Shown piece after piece: positions 1 to 11,944 of a DNA stretch of 48,911 bases. The notes under the pieces are model-generated. The model worked only from the letters and a program-made list of their open reading frames with translations, was not told the origin of the DNA and did no database searches. The stretch is from contig JBECKX010000102.1 in assembly GCA_040235515.1 (NCBI GenBank), positions 1-48,911 on the forward strand, written 5' to 3'. The position numbers and the translations under genes were made by a program. Origin of the DNA: Candidatus Zixiibacteriota bacterium (GTDB taxonomy: Bacteria > Zixibacteria > MSB-5A5 > CAIYYT01). How positions within the stretch are numbered: the first letter of the stretch is position 1; every line of letters begins with the position of its first letter.

Positions 1-73
1 GTGCGACCGCCTCGATATCCTCATATCCGTCCGCCAGAATCACCAGCGCTCGTTTCCTCAGATTTTCAGTCAT
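1..73 (-). CDS. DJ-1/PfpI (YajL/ThiJ-like) family protein, N-terminal part (runs off window edge)
   Basis: Manual translation from ATG at 73: MTENLRKRALVILADGYEDIEAVA..., matching the DJ-1/YajL N-terminal motif (K-x-ALVILA-x-G-F/Y-E-E/D-IE). Not in the supplied ORF track. Confidence 0.8.
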   Translation of the reverse strand, partial: MTENLRKRALVILADGYEDIEAVA

Positions 74-102
74 CCTACATTCCGTCAATGGTTGATCGCA
101 AC

Positions 103-127
103 GACGCGTCTTGCTGTCGCTGGTTCC
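103..127 (-). promoter_or_regulatory. Candidate ECF-sigma promoter (GGAAC-N17-GTC) for the DJ-1-like gene
   Basis: Minus strand GGAAC CAGCGACAGCAAGACGC GTC, ending about 30 nt before the ATG at 73. Same geometry as the motif upstream of the ECF sigma gene. Confidence 0.5.
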
Positions 128-241
128 TTATCAATCAGGAACTATACGCAGTAGACATCCGCAGCCTTTGCCGAAGCTCGCTCGACCACGCACCCGCTGA
201 CACTCCAGCCACTACTCCCCGGCCAACTAAGGCACATTGAC

Positions 242-1240
242 TCACTCGGTTCCACAGGCAGGCTCGCCCGAGGGATCTCCGGTCCGAGACTGAACCTCCT
301 CCAGCGTACGTCCCGTCGGTCGTGGTTCAATCACCGGCCGTTGCCGCTGGCGCGTCTTGGTAATCAACACCACCGCCGAGATAATCACAGCCGCCGCGAC
401 CAGCGCTTGGGTCGTGAGCTGTTCATCGGCGAGCAACCAGCCGAGAAAGACGGCTACAATCGGGTTGACAAATGCGTAGGTACCCGCGCGTGCCGGTGTG
501 GAGACTTTCAGAAGCCAGAGATAACAAACGAATGCCAGACTGCCGAATGTGATCAGATAAAGCAGCCCGAGCAGTGACTTCAACGAGAATGCCGCAACAT
601 TCACAACACTCCATTCACCCATGATGCCGGAGAGAATCACCAGCACCAGCCCGCCGGCTAACATCTGGTAAGAGACGCCAAGGAGTTTGTAGCTCGGCAA
701 AGCGATATGACGCGACATGATTGATCCGGCCGCCCAGAACATGGTCGCAAAGACCAGTGCGACAGAACCGACAATATCCAAACCTTCATAACTGCCGAAT
801 TCCATCGGTCCCATCAAAATCACGATACCACTGAAACCGACCACGAGACCGAGGATCGTCAAACCGGAAGGCCGTGTTCCGGAGGGTCGTACCCACTCAA
901 GCAGCACGAGCCAGAACGGTACCGCCGCAATCATGAGAGCCGCGAGCCCCGAGGGAACAAACTGCTCCGCCCAGGTAACGAGGCCGGTTCCACCGACGAC
1001 CATCAGGACACCGACGATCGCAGCACCACCCATCTCCTTGCGGTTCACCCAGGCATTCCCTTTGAAGTAACAGATCATGTAGAGTAAGGCGCCACCCAGC
1101 AGGAAACGCACACCCGCGCTGAGCAGCGGCGGAATCGTCTCGATCGTGAAACGAATCGCCAGATAAGTTGATCCCCAGATAAGGTAAATCGCGGCAAAAC
1201 CGAGGATCAACCGCAACTTCGAAACCTGCGCGTCAGTCAT
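242..1240 (-). CDS. EamA/DMT family drug/metabolite transporter (YedA-like)
   Basis: About 10 TM helices; motifs IYLIWGSTYLAIR, YLITFGS, YAFVNPIVAVFLG. Confidence 0.93.
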   Translation of the reverse strand: MTDAQVSKLRLILGFAAIYLIWGSTYLAIRFTIETIPPLLSAGVRFLLGGALLYMICYFKGNAWVNRKEMGGAAIVGVLMVVGGTGLVTWAEQFVPSGLAALMIAAVPFWLVLLEWVRPSGTRPSGLTILGLVVGFSGIVILMGPMEFGSYEGLDIVGSVALVFATMFWAAGSIMSRHIALPSYKLLGVSYQMLAGGLVLVILSGIMGEWSVVNVAAFSLKSLLGLLYLITFGSLAFVCYLWLLKVSTPARAGTYAFVNPIVAVFLGWLLADEQLTTQALVAAAVIISAVVLITKTRQRQRPVIEPRPTGRTLEEVQSRTGDPSGEPACGTE

Positions 1241-1712
1241 CGATTAAATTCTCCATTGCCGTCGCCAGCGGAAAGTTGAGTGTCTCTTTGAAAGATTCCA
1301 AAACCACTACTGTGCGAGTTGAGGTTACGTTCGGGACCTTGCCAATCTTCTCGCGGAGGAATTTCCCCAGCGCCTCGGTGTTCCTGACCCTGACCTTTAT
1401 CAGGTAACAATCCTCGCCCGCGATGTTGTGTACTTCGAGTACCTCCGGGATCGCCGCCAGCGACAACGCCACTTTGCAGGCGCGAACCTCCTCATCCGCC
1501 TTCACGAATATGAATGCAACCTGCCCTAACCCGATCGACTCAGGATTGAGGCGGACGCTGTAGCCCTCAACCAGCCCGCGCTGAATCAATTTCTTGATTC
1601 GCTCGGCTGTGGCTGATGGCACAATCCCAATCTCTTTGGCGATCTCAGAATTAGGAGTGCGAGCATCTTGCTGGAGGATCTCGATTATTTTACGGTCAAT
1701 TTCGTCGATCAT
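1233..1712 (-). CDS. Lrp/AsnC family transcriptional regulator
   Basis: IDEIDRKIIEILQQDARTPNSEIAKEIG HTH; EVHNIAGEDCYLIKV RAM domain; overlaps the EamA start by 8 nt. Confidence 0.95.
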   Translation of the reverse strand: MIDEIDRKIIEILQQDARTPNSEIAKEIGIVPSATAERIKKLIQRGLVEGYSVRLNPESIGLGQVAFIFVKADEEVRACKVALSLAAIPEVLEVHNIAGEDCYLIKVRVRNTEALGKFLREKIGKVPNVTSTRTVVVLESFKETLNFPLATAMENLIDD

Positions 1713-2184
1713 TCGGAAAACCTCCGTTCATACATTCGATATACACTGTGAATACGCTTGTTACAGTATATTGTTCTAAAAATTATGCATATCAAGAAAT
1801 ATTTTTCTACGAGAAAGACGCCAACCCGGCAAATCTGCTGCCGCAATGCTGCGTAAATGAATCGACAGCAAAAAGTTAGGAGGGAAACCACGGGGGCAAA
1901 GAGTGTTCAAGCTACACCAGCAAAGAACCGATCAACTAGCCAGGAGGCAGATCTGACCGCCACAGCGCGTCATCCAGGCTCTGGCGACGGCCAATGAAAC
2001 CGTTGTCAGACTTGTCGTTATGAGACAGATTTCGGGATTGGCGCTGCAGAAATGTGTGATAATCGGGTCAGAAATCGAGTATAATATATAGGAATGTCAA
2101 TCTTAGGCGCTGCGAAAAGCATTGACGCCTGAGGCTTCAATGAACAAGTAGGTAACCATTAGGCTTAGCAAACGGAGGGATTTT

Positions 2185-2493
2185 ATGGCTGATGCGGAAG
2201 ATACCAGAGTACGTGATGCCCTGGAGCTGCTCAACAGTGTCGCGCGGGACAAGAAATCTGAGCTGCAGGGGATGGTGCAGAACAAGTATGGCGATCTGAA
2301 ATCCGCCATCGGTAGCTGGAGCGACAAATTGCAGCACGATGCCGCCGATATGTATCAGCGCGGCCGCGAGCGCACCGTGGCAATGGCCACCGATCTCGAC
2401 AAGAACGTACATCAGAGCCCCTGGTCATTCATAGGCGGTGCCGCCCTCGGCGCACTGATCCTGGGCTATATTCTTGGTCGCTCACAGAAGTAG
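2185..2493 (+). CDS. DUF883/ElaB/YqjD-like tail-anchored membrane protein
   Basis: Helical N-terminus and C-terminal VHQSPWSFIGGAALGALILGYILGR anchor; SD GGAGG upstream. Confidence 0.8.
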   Translation: MADAEDTRVRDALELLNSVARDKKSELQGMVQNKYGDLKSAIGSWSDKLQHDAADMYQRGRERTVAMATDLDKNVHQSPWSFIGGAALGALILGYILGRSQK

Positions 2494-2573
2494 CAGCGGC
2501 TCCAGCACCCTCTGCGCACGCGCGCGTGAGCGGGAGGCTTCGAGCGGGAACTCAAACGGATATTGAGGTCCAG

Positions 2574-2939
2574 ATGCAAGACCTATTCAAACAGCTTCTG
2601 CGGATCGTTGTCGGCAGGTATGTCGACGCACAGCTTGATCTGTTGAAAATTTATGCCGCGAAGCAGTATGTCAAGACGGTCGACTCCATTCGGAAGATCG
2701 TCATCATCCTCGCCGTCAGGATGTTCGTGATTGTCCTGCTGGCGGGGGGATTGATCCTGCTGCCGCTCTCGCTGCTGCTCTTCATGCCCTGGAGCGAGCT
2801 CACGCGGGCGATTGTCGGAATCTCTTTCGCGGCGGCATACATCATCGTGCCGCTGATCATCCTCAAACTCACGCATTCGGAGAAGACCTGGATGAAGCTG
2901 ACACGCGCGAATGAGGTGGTCAGGAAGGTGACGAAGTAA
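2574..2939 (+). CDS. Small 2-TM membrane protein (YqjE/holin-X-like partner of DUF883)
   Basis: ATG at 2574 preceded by GAGG; two hydrophobic segments; position after a DUF883 gene mirrors yqjD-yqjE. Confidence 0.6.
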   Translation: MQDLFKQLLRIVVGRYVDAQLDLLKIYAAKQYVKTVDSIRKIVIILAVRMFVIVLLAGGLILLPLSLLLFMPWSELTRAIVGISFAAAYIIVPLIILKLTHSEKTWMKLTRANEVVRKVTK

Positions 2940-2991
2940 AGATCCGTCGTCGGACCGATCGCCGTTTGCAAGCGAATGCTTCCAAGAACAA

Positions 2992-3027
2992 GGCAGTGGG
3001 CTAACCGCTCACTGCCCTTTTCATTTT
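2992..3027 (+). terminator. Intrinsic terminator
   Basis: GGCAGTGGGC-TAACC-GCTCACTGCC stem followed by CTTTTCATTTT. Confidence 0.75.
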
Positions 3028-3262
3028 ACCCCCTGCCGGTCGGCCGGCTATCGCGCTGCGAGTGCAACCCTGCCATCCGGCTCACCCTTCGATTCAAAAA
3101 ACCACTTGCCGTCACTCCCAGTTTGTTACTTCTTCGATTCCATACAATTTGGACCACTGCAATGGAGATGATCTGCCGGGGCAGGCGTATCGTCCCCGTA
3201 CCGGTGCAGCGGTCACACATCAAAATGATTACTCATAGTTTCCACTAACTCTGGAGAATGCA

Positions 3263-5377
<2,115 letters not shown>

Positions 5378-5422
5378 TCAAGCCGCTCCGGTGAGTCCGG
5401 CAACACGACGACCTGAGTGGGG

Positions 5423-5965
5423 TTAATCTGTGCGGAAATTCAGCCCGATCGGCGCCAGCAGTCGTTTCTCGTGGTAAACATCGAAGTAGAGACGAATCGG
5501 CTCGCTCAGACCGTCGTAGTCAATCTGAAAAACATCGAGCACGCCTCGGCCCGACCCCATCTTTCCGGGACTGGCTGAAAACGGACAGCAGGTGCCGACC
5601 CGCGAGAAAGCGATCGGCTGCCGATTGGGATCAAGCAGCGCGTTGAGATAACGAAAGACCCGCAGATCGCCATCAGGAAAGCCACCGCCGATTTTGATCG
5701 GATTCTCATAGCTGTAGCCATAAGTCGGGTCATCCGATACCATCTCAAGCTGCAAGCATGGTCCGCTGCCGGAGTGTTGATAGAGCACTTGCGCCACAGA
5801 GAGCATCTCCGGTTCGGCACTCGATGTATCCTGCGGTACCGGCTCCGGGCGGGCTTGTTTTACTTCAGGGCGAGGGGCACAAGCAGTGAACAGCAGCACC
5901 GCCAGGAATGCAGCAATCGCTGGATAGAACGGAGCACGCAACCAGCCGATATCTAGTTTTTTCAT
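5423..5965 (-). CDS. Hypothetical lipoprotein
   Basis: Signal peptide with lipobox LFTA-C; motif YGYSYENPIKIGG...YLNAL...GTCCPF...LDVF. Start set at MKKLD (5965) from SD spacing; 5971 and 5980 are alternatives. Confidence 0.7.
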   Translation of the reverse strand: MKKLDIGWLRAPFYPAIAAFLAVLLFTACAPRPEVKQARPEPVPQDTSSAEPEMLSVAQVLYQHSGSGPCLQLEMVSDDPTYGYSYENPIKIGGGFPDGDLRVFRYLNALLDPNRQPIAFSRVGTCCPFSASPGKMGSGRGVLDVFQIDYDGLSEPIRLYFDVYHEKRLLAPIGLNFRTD

Positions 5966-6287
5966 TCTCATTTTCCTCATCCTCTCTTCATCCTCTACTC
6001 CCCCGCTCTCCCCTGAGCCTGCCATTTCCCATACTATCCCATTTTACTCAGTCCAACACAAAAGACGATGAAATATTCCATTCTGTGAAATTACTCATTG
6101 AAGCCTGCCGCAATTCCACGGAAATCTCTCTTTGAGATACGAACCAACCACTCAATCCGATCACGAAAGGTGGAGTTTTTCTGTTGACCATTCGCCTACA
6201 TTCTGCTTAATTCTCCTGCTAACCGAGCATCGGCAAAGATCGGCCTCTTCGCGTGGCCGCCAAATACGAACCAAGGATTCCTGATAT

Positions 6288-7949
6288 ATGTTTCGACTCA
6301 CCAGCCCTCACAGCGGCGGGCGCTACAATTGGCGGTTGGTTCCGGGCAGTTACGTCACGGGCCGCGATCCGCAGGTCGACCTGGTCGTGAATGACTCCAC
6401 CGTTTCGCGTCGCCATGCTCGAATCGTTGTAGTGGATGAAAAAACCGTGCGGCTCACCGACCTGGGAAGCCTCAACGGCACCCAATTGAATGATACCAAG
6501 GTAACCGACACGGTCGAGGTCAAAGCCGGAGACACCATTTCCTTCGGGAATGTCGGATTCGTCCTGTTGCACGAAGAACTCTCACCCACCAAGCCGGCCT
6601 CCACGCCGCCCGTTTCGATCATCGAGCCGCCCGGCGAACACACATCAATCTCCGCAATCCCGCTGGAAGAGGCGCTCAGAGCGCCGATGCAGCAGGATGC
6701 ATCAAGCCAGAACGTGTTCAAAGCCATCTCTGATATGGCAAAGATGCTGATCCTGCCGCAATCGCTCGATGAGATGTTCGATCAGGCCCTCAACCTGCTG
6801 CAGCAAATCGTGACACTCGAGCGCTGCGCCATCCTGATGACAAAGGACGGCACAACCAATGTCGAACTGATGTGCTACCGCGCCAACAAAGGCAACGGTT
6901 CGGGCGAAGAGAGCTTCACTATGTCCTCGACGATTCTCAATGAAGTTCTCAGCAAGAAAAACGCCGTCTTCTTCAGCGATCTGATCTCCGACGACCGCTT
7001 CTCCCACCAGGAATCGATCGTTGTGCAGGGGATCCACTCGGCTATGGTGGTGCCGATGACCGATGAGGATCGCGTGATCGGTATCCTCTATATCGACAGC
7101 ACCGATCCGGCGCATCGCTACAACGAGGACAGCCTCAAGGTGGCCGCAACCTTCGGGAACATCCTGGCGGCCAAGATCACCAACCATCACCTGCTGAAGG
7201 AACGTCAGGAAAAGCAACAACTCGAATCTGAACTCTCTATCGCTTCACAGATCCAGTCCGGACTGATGCCGAAGGAACTGCCCCAACTCGAGGGCTACCA
7301 GTTCCACGCTTACCAGATGCAATGCAAAATGGTCGGCGGTGATCTTTATGATGTCGCCAGGCTGAATGACGGCCGCATCCTCTTCCTTCTGGCCGATGTC
7401 TCCGGGAAAGGGATGGGAGCCGCACTGCTGGCGTCGAATATCCTTTCGGCGATCAGAATCCTGCGCGGCAATCAGGATTTCAACGTCCTCGACGCCGTCA
7501 AAAGAATTTCGTCACAGCTGCACCACTCCAGCCGTTCGGGTGACTTTGCCACGGTCTTTGCCGGTGTGCTCGACCCTGCCGCGAATACGATCAGATTCGT
7601 CAATGCCGGACATAACCCGCCATTGCTGGTGAAGCGGGATGGATCGCTCAAGCATCTCGACCCAACCGGCATTCCGATCGGTATCTTTGAGGATTTCGAC
7701 TGGCAGGAAGAAACGATCGAACTGGCCCCCGATGACAAGCTGATCGTCTTCACCGACGGCATAACGGAAGCCACCGATTCCCGTGGCGAACTCTACGATG
7801 ATGACCGCATGGAGGCATTCGTCACCAACAACTGTACACTCGCACTCGACGACCTCAGCAGCAGACTACTCTCGGACGTCAACAGGTTTGTCGGCGATGC
7901 CCCCCGCTCTGATGATATGACAATGATCCTGCTGGCACGCAACAGCTAG
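6288..7949 (+). CDS. FHA-GAF-PP2C (SpoIIE/RsbU-like) Ser/Thr phosphatase
   Basis: FHA: GR...VSRRHARI...DLGSLNGT; central GAF; PP2C: VGGDLYD, ADVSGKG, NAGHNPP, FTDGITE, DDMTM. Confidence 0.93.
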   Translation: MFRLTSPHSGGRYNWRLVPGSYVTGRDPQVDLVVNDSTVSRRHARIVVVDEKTVRLTDLGSLNGTQLNDTKVTDTVEVKAGDTISFGNVGFVLLHEELSPTKPASTPPVSIIEPPGEHTSISAIPLEEALRAPMQQDASSQNVFKAISDMAKMLILPQSLDEMFDQALNLLQQIVTLERCAILMTKDGTTNVELMCYRANKGNGSGEESFTMSSTILNEVLSKKNAVFFSDLISDDRFSHQESIVVQGIHSAMVVPMTDEDRVIGILYIDSTDPAHRYNEDSLKVAATFGNILAAKITNHHLLKERQEKQQLESELSIASQIQSGLMPKELPQLEGYQFHAYQMQCKMVGGDLYDVARLNDGRILFLLADVSGKGMGAALLASNILSAIRILRGNQDFNVLDAVKRISSQLHHSSRSGDFATVFAGVLDPAANTIRFVNAGHNPPLLVKRDGSLKHLDPTGIPIGIFEDFDWQEETIELAPDDKLIVFTDGITEATDSRGELYDDDRMEAFVTNNCTLALDDLSSRLLSDVNRFVGDAPRSDDMTMILLARNS

Positions 7950-7967
7950 CCGGCGCAGCCTCGTCGC

Positions 7968-8348
7968 CTAGCCGTCGCTCGAAGCGGAGGTGGCGGTCTC
8001 GCTCAAGAACTTGATGCTAAGGGGATAGTTGAATACCTCACCCGCATTCGCCTTTACGCCGGCAATCACAACCAGGATCAGCATCGCCAGTGCCAAGGCG
8101 GGCAACAGGAATAGTCCTATCACGAAGATGATCAGAATCGCGGCGATTACCAGGTAGATGGTCCAGCTGATCTGGAAATTGAGCGATCTGCGGCCATGCA
8201 AATCTACTTCCACCGACTCATCCTTTTTGATCAGCCAGACGATCAGCGGTCCCATCACGTTGCCGAAGGGGAATATGAACCCGAGCAAGCCGGCCAGGTG
8301 ACAGAGCATCGACCAGGTCCTGGTATCTCTCTCATTTAACTGTGGCAT
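7968..8348 (-). CDS. DUF4870 family membrane protein
   Basis: WSMLCHL...GPLIVWLIKKDES..VD.HG...LNFQIS...YPLSIKF pattern. Confidence 0.88.
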   Translation of the reverse strand: MPQLNERDTRTWSMLCHLAGLLGFIFPFGNVMGPLIVWLIKKDESVEVDLHGRRSLNFQISWTIYLVIAAILIIFVIGLFLLPALALAMLILVVIAGVKANAGEVFNYPLSIKFLSETATSASSDG

Positions 8349-8497
8349 TGTCTAACTTCCTTTCACGTTCCGGGCTTCCCGGCGCAGGGACAACCCGTCG
8401 TGCAAGCCGGCCGGCAACTGATCTCGCCAGCCTGAGTTTTACTGTTCGATCTACACACTATTGTTTCTAAACGGAGGGGGCAACCCCGGATCGAATG

Positions 8498-8532
8498 AAA
8501 AAGGCGGTAGACGACCTGTGCGCCTACCGCCT
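8498..8532 (-). terminator. Intrinsic terminator of the glmL-like operon
   Basis: Minus strand AGGCGGTAGGCG-CACAGGT-CGTCTACCGCCT-TTTT; the single G-U pair works only on the minus strand. Confidence 0.8.
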
Positions 8533-8567
8533 GAGACATTGCGTGTTGCTCTTGAGGGTGCTTCCGG

Positions 8568-9698
8568 CTAGTCCTCAATCATCTCTACATTTGCCCGCGG
8601 AATGACCACCTCGCTGGTGTCATCCTCAAACTTCACCTTCAGCACGCGCGCCATCGACTCCGAATCGAGTTTCTGCAGCGGTGAGGGCAGTTCCGTCACC
8701 TTGCCGATCTTTCCGAAGTAAGGTGCGCGGATGACGCGGATGTAGGAGCCGATCTCCAGACCGATGTCGTGCGACTGCTTGGCGGCCGTGCCGCTGCGGA
8801 TATCGTCAGCCATGGGAATGATGACCTCGGGGCGAATCACGCCGGCGCGAATCTGCGTGGCGCCATTGATACACGCCATCTTTCCCTCGTTCGCCTTGAG
8901 CAGATCGAACGTCTTCTTGGCCATCATAATCTCACCGAATCCCTCGGTGACCACCAGCGTCACACCCAGTTCCTCGGAACCGGTAATGGCGACACCGATA
9001 TCGTAGCCGAGGAAGTCGCGTAAATCTTTGTCGGAGAATCCACCCACAACGATGCCTGCCGCTCCAACGGCGATCGCCTTCTTGACAGCTTCCGCATTCA
9101 CGAATGATCCGCCGACGATCACCTTGCCCTTGCACGACTCATCAATCAGCTCAGGTGTCAGTTTGGTGTCACGATCCGGAACGACAATCTTCAGCTCGCC
9201 ATGCGTCTCGCCGCCGATACCGAAAATACCCTGGACGAATGAACCCCAGGTGCGTACCACGACGCCCTCCTCCGGGATTACCTCAACCACCTCGGCATCG
9301 AGGTAGGCTTTTACCTCCACCGGGATCGGCTCACCGCGAAGCAGCACCTGACCGGTAACGCTCGAAATCGTCTCGACCGTTCCGGAAAGCTTCGCTTTTA
9401 CTTCCGACTTGAACAGACCGAAGAACGACTTGCTCTGACCGATCACCTCATCCTTGGTGATCGCCTCACCTTCCTTCTTCAGCATGTAGGTGTTGATCTC
9501 GTCCGGAAGGATACCCAGTATGTTGGCGACGTTCATCGTCTCCACCGGTCCGGGCAGCAGCGTCCGTGCGACGACATCATCCGGCTTGACTTTGTCGCCC
9601 ACTTTCACCAGTACATCGCCCTTGAGCGGCAGGATGCGTCGCTTGCTGATCAACTCTTTGCTGGAAACCTTTAAACCAGGTGTATATGTGTGTGCCAT
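8568..9698 (-). CDS. Conserved-type hypothetical protein partnered with the GlmL-like ATPase (barrel-sandwich-hybrid-like N-terminus, KOW/SH3-like C-terminus)
   Basis: 376 aa with strong SD (GAGGAG). GDVLVKVGDKVKPDDVVAR hybrid-motif-like segment; Gly-rich VQGIFGIGGE and VTEGFG; C-terminal IGSYIRVIRAPYFGKIGKV. Confidence 0.85.
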   Translation of the reverse strand: MAHTYTPGLKVSSKELISKRRILPLKGDVLVKVGDKVKPDDVVARTLLPGPVETMNVANILGILPDEINTYMLKKEGEAITKDEVIGQSKSFFGLFKSEVKAKLSGTVETISSVTGQVLLRGEPIPVEVKAYLDAEVVEVIPEEGVVVRTWGSFVQGIFGIGGETHGELKIVVPDRDTKLTPELIDESCKGKVIVGGSFVNAEAVKKAIAVGAAGIVVGGFSDKDLRDFLGYDIGVAITGSEELGVTLVVTEGFGEIMMAKKTFDLLKANEGKMACINGATQIRAGVIRPEVIIPMADDIRSGTAAKQSHDIGLEIGSYIRVIRAPYFGKIGKVTELPSPLQKLDSESMARVLKVKFEDDTSEVVIPRANVEMIED

Positions 9699-9816
9699 TT
9701 ACTCCTCACCCACGTTTCGGTCAATACCCCACGACCCGGCTGCAGTACACCGGAAAAGACCCGGAACGCAGCACGATACGTTTTTATAGCGAACCTGAAT
9801 GAACAATGAACCAACT

Positions 9817-11706
9817 CTAGTCACGCGTCAGCGCTTCCTTCGGATAGATATCCAATTCCGTCATCCACTCGATCAGCTTGCTGACTCGCTTGCTGTCATC
9901 GGTCGGGACGGTAAACGGCCTGCCGCGACCATCGAGGATGACACCCACGACGCCGCCGGAGATGCTGCGCTCGACCGGCTTGCCGGGACCCTCACCCAGG
10001 TCGAGCTTGCCGGCTGGATCGAGTTTCGCGTTCACCTTGAGCGGCAGATTTGTCTTTTCGTCAAAGCCAAGCTTGAAGAGCTTCATCTCACCATACATCA
10101 GCTTGCCTTCTTCCTTGCGACCGTCCGGGAATTCGAGTTTGTAACTCATCATCTCCTTGCCCTCCTTCGACTCACCGGCCGGGGCGACACAGGTACCGAG
10201 ATGGATGAGGCAGTCCTTGTTGAACACTTCGGTCGCCGCCTGCGGCTGCACGGTGGAGAGCACACCAAGCTGTGGCATCATGAAGATCGAGTCCACGGCG
10301 AGGCGCGTGATCCCCTCCGGCAGGAAGGCATCTATCATCATCAGGGCTGACTGCTGACGGCGCGGCGCGTGCGAAAGCACACCGCCCGAACCGATCAGCA
10401 TATCGAGCGTCATCATATTGACCAGCGTCTCGCCCGACGATTTCTGTTCGAATGCATCCGCAATCGTGCGCTGTTGCTGCACTCCCTTCAACACGGTGGC
10501 AAAGCTCTTGTGCTGCAGGAACGCCAGTCTCAGTGCCTCTTTGGCGATAGCCTGCTCGAACACCAGCTCCTGCATCGACTGCGGAATGGTGGTCGGGCGA
10601 ATCATCTTGTTCTTGACACGGTTGCGCAGGTCACGCTCGTCCATATGGAACGGCACCCAGCGCATGACATTATCGAGCCCGGCTTCGGCAAACACGTTCG
10701 ACACCGAGTAGCTCATGCCTAAGTTGGCCGACACGGTGCGGTTAAACACGCCCTGGAACACCGAAAACACGTCCGTGGTCGCGCCGCCGATATCGACACC
10801 AACCACTTCGATATTCTCCATCTCCGAAATCGTCTTGATGATCAAGCCGACGGCGCCGGGAGTTGGCATGATCGGCGCATCGGTCCACGACATCAGCTTC
10901 TTATAGCCGGGAGCCTGAGCCATCACGTGTTCCAAGAACAAATCGTGGATCGCTTCACGTGCGGGCAGGAGATTCTCGCGCTCCAGCACCGGGCGGAGAT
11001 TATCTACAGTCTTTAAATCAACTTTATCGGCGAGGGTCTCGCTCACGGCCCCGCGTGCGTCCTTGTTGCCTGCGTAAATGACCGGCAGTTGGTAGGATGA
11101 CCCCAATCGCGGGCGCGGGTCTGCCGCCGAGATCAGTTCCGCGATCTCAACCACGTGTGTCGTGGTGCCGCCATCGATACCGCCTGAAAGGAGGATCATA
11201 TCGGGGCGAAGATGGCGAATGCGTTCGATCTGCTGATACGGCTGCCGCTTGTCGTTTGAGGCGATCACATCCATCACGATCGCACCGGCACCAAGTGCCG
11301 CTCGCTCGGCCGATTCAGCCGTCATCGAGCGCACCACTCCGGCGACCATCATCTGCAAACCACCACCTGCCGAGGAGGTGGAAATATAAACGTCGGTTCC
11401 AACCTTCTCACCAGACCGGGAGCGCGGGGTGATGATCCTGTTGTTCTCATCGAGCAGCTTGCGTCCGGAGAGTTCCTCGACCTCCTGAACCGCATTGAGA
11501 ACCCCCATCGTCACATCCTCAAACGGCGCTTCGACCGTCGTCGGTGCTTCACCGCGCACCATCAGACGATACTGGCCGTCCGTTTTTTCAATCAGGATGG
11601 CCTTGGTAGTTGTTGAACCACAATCTGTTGCGAGAATAATCTCAATATCTTCCGGTTTCATCGTTGTCTTGGATTCACCTGGGAAATCAGCTTTAGTATC
11701 AGCCAT
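9817..11706 (-). CDS. GlmL/MutL(glutamate mutase-associated)-family ASKHA-fold ATPase with C-terminal extension
   Basis: Phosphate-1 ATDCGSTTTKA; SSAGGGL; LLSGGIDGG; VIYAGN; MPTPGAV; phosphate-2 VDIGGATTDVFS; IGSGGVLSH. Confidence 0.85.
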   Translation of the reverse strand: MADTKADFPGESKTTMKPEDIEIILATDCGSTTTKAILIEKTDGQYRLMVRGEAPTTVEAPFEDVTMGVLNAVQEVEELSGRKLLDENNRIITPRSRSGEKVGTDVYISTSSAGGGLQMMVAGVVRSMTAESAERAALGAGAIVMDVIASNDKRQPYQQIERIRHLRPDMILLSGGIDGGTTTHVVEIAELISAADPRPRLGSSYQLPVIYAGNKDARGAVSETLADKVDLKTVDNLRPVLERENLLPAREAIHDLFLEHVMAQAPGYKKLMSWTDAPIMPTPGAVGLIIKTISEMENIEVVGVDIGGATTDVFSVFQGVFNRTVSANLGMSYSVSNVFAEAGLDNVMRWVPFHMDERDLRNRVKNKMIRPTTIPQSMQELVFEQAIAKEALRLAFLQHKSFATVLKGVQQQRTIADAFEQKSSGETLVNMMTLDMLIGSGGVLSHAPRRQQSALMMIDAFLPEGITRLAVDSIFMMPQLGVLSTVQPQAATEVFNKDCLIHLGTCVAPAGESKEGKEMMSYKLEFPDGRKEEGKLMYGEMKLFKLGFDEKTNLPLKVNAKLDPAGKLDLGEGPGKPVERSISGGVVGVILDGRGRPFTVPTDDSKRVSKLIEWMTELDIYPKEALTRD

Positions 11707-11805
11707 ACAGCTTCTATCCTCTATTGTTTGCGGTTACCATCGCTCTCACCATCGGATCGTACCAGGTCACGAAAACCGGGCCAAGTCGGTAATTGAGAGA
11801 CAACG

Positions 11806-11834
11806 ATTATAACATTCCCCCTACTCCTTGTCAA
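11806..11834 (-). promoter_or_regulatory. Perfect-consensus sigma70 promoter with extended -10
   Basis: Minus strand TTGACA-AGGAGTAGGGGGAATGT(17 nt)-TATAAT, with TG at the extended -10 position, 100 nt upstream of the glmL-like ATG. Confidence 0.9.
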
Positions 11835-11884
11835 CGCCATCCTGAGAGGTGCCTGACAAACTCCAGATGCCTTATAAAAAGCGC

Positions 11885-11912
11885 TTGACAGCGCCATTTA
11901 GGTGCTTACTTT
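11885..11912 (+). promoter_or_regulatory. Candidate sigma70 promoter for the 1173-aa surface protein gene
   Basis: TTGACA-N16-TACTTT preceded by an A-rich tract; back-to-back with the glmL promoter. Confidence 0.6.
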
Positions 11913-11944
11913 ACGAGTGGTAGGTCAGAGGTCTTCTCTACAAC

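Noticed and set aside
1..240. 79-aa plus-strand ORF in the track
   Set aside because: No motifs; the region is better explained by the minus-strand DJ-1-like start (1-73) and its promoter.
3168..3221. Possible structured leader or riboswitch upstream of acs
   Set aside because: Only short interrupted GC helices and no recognisable aptamer motif.
9817..11706. DNA mismatch-repair MutL
   Set aside because: Name collision only. The motifs are ASKHA (GlmL-type); no GHKL ATPase motifs are present.
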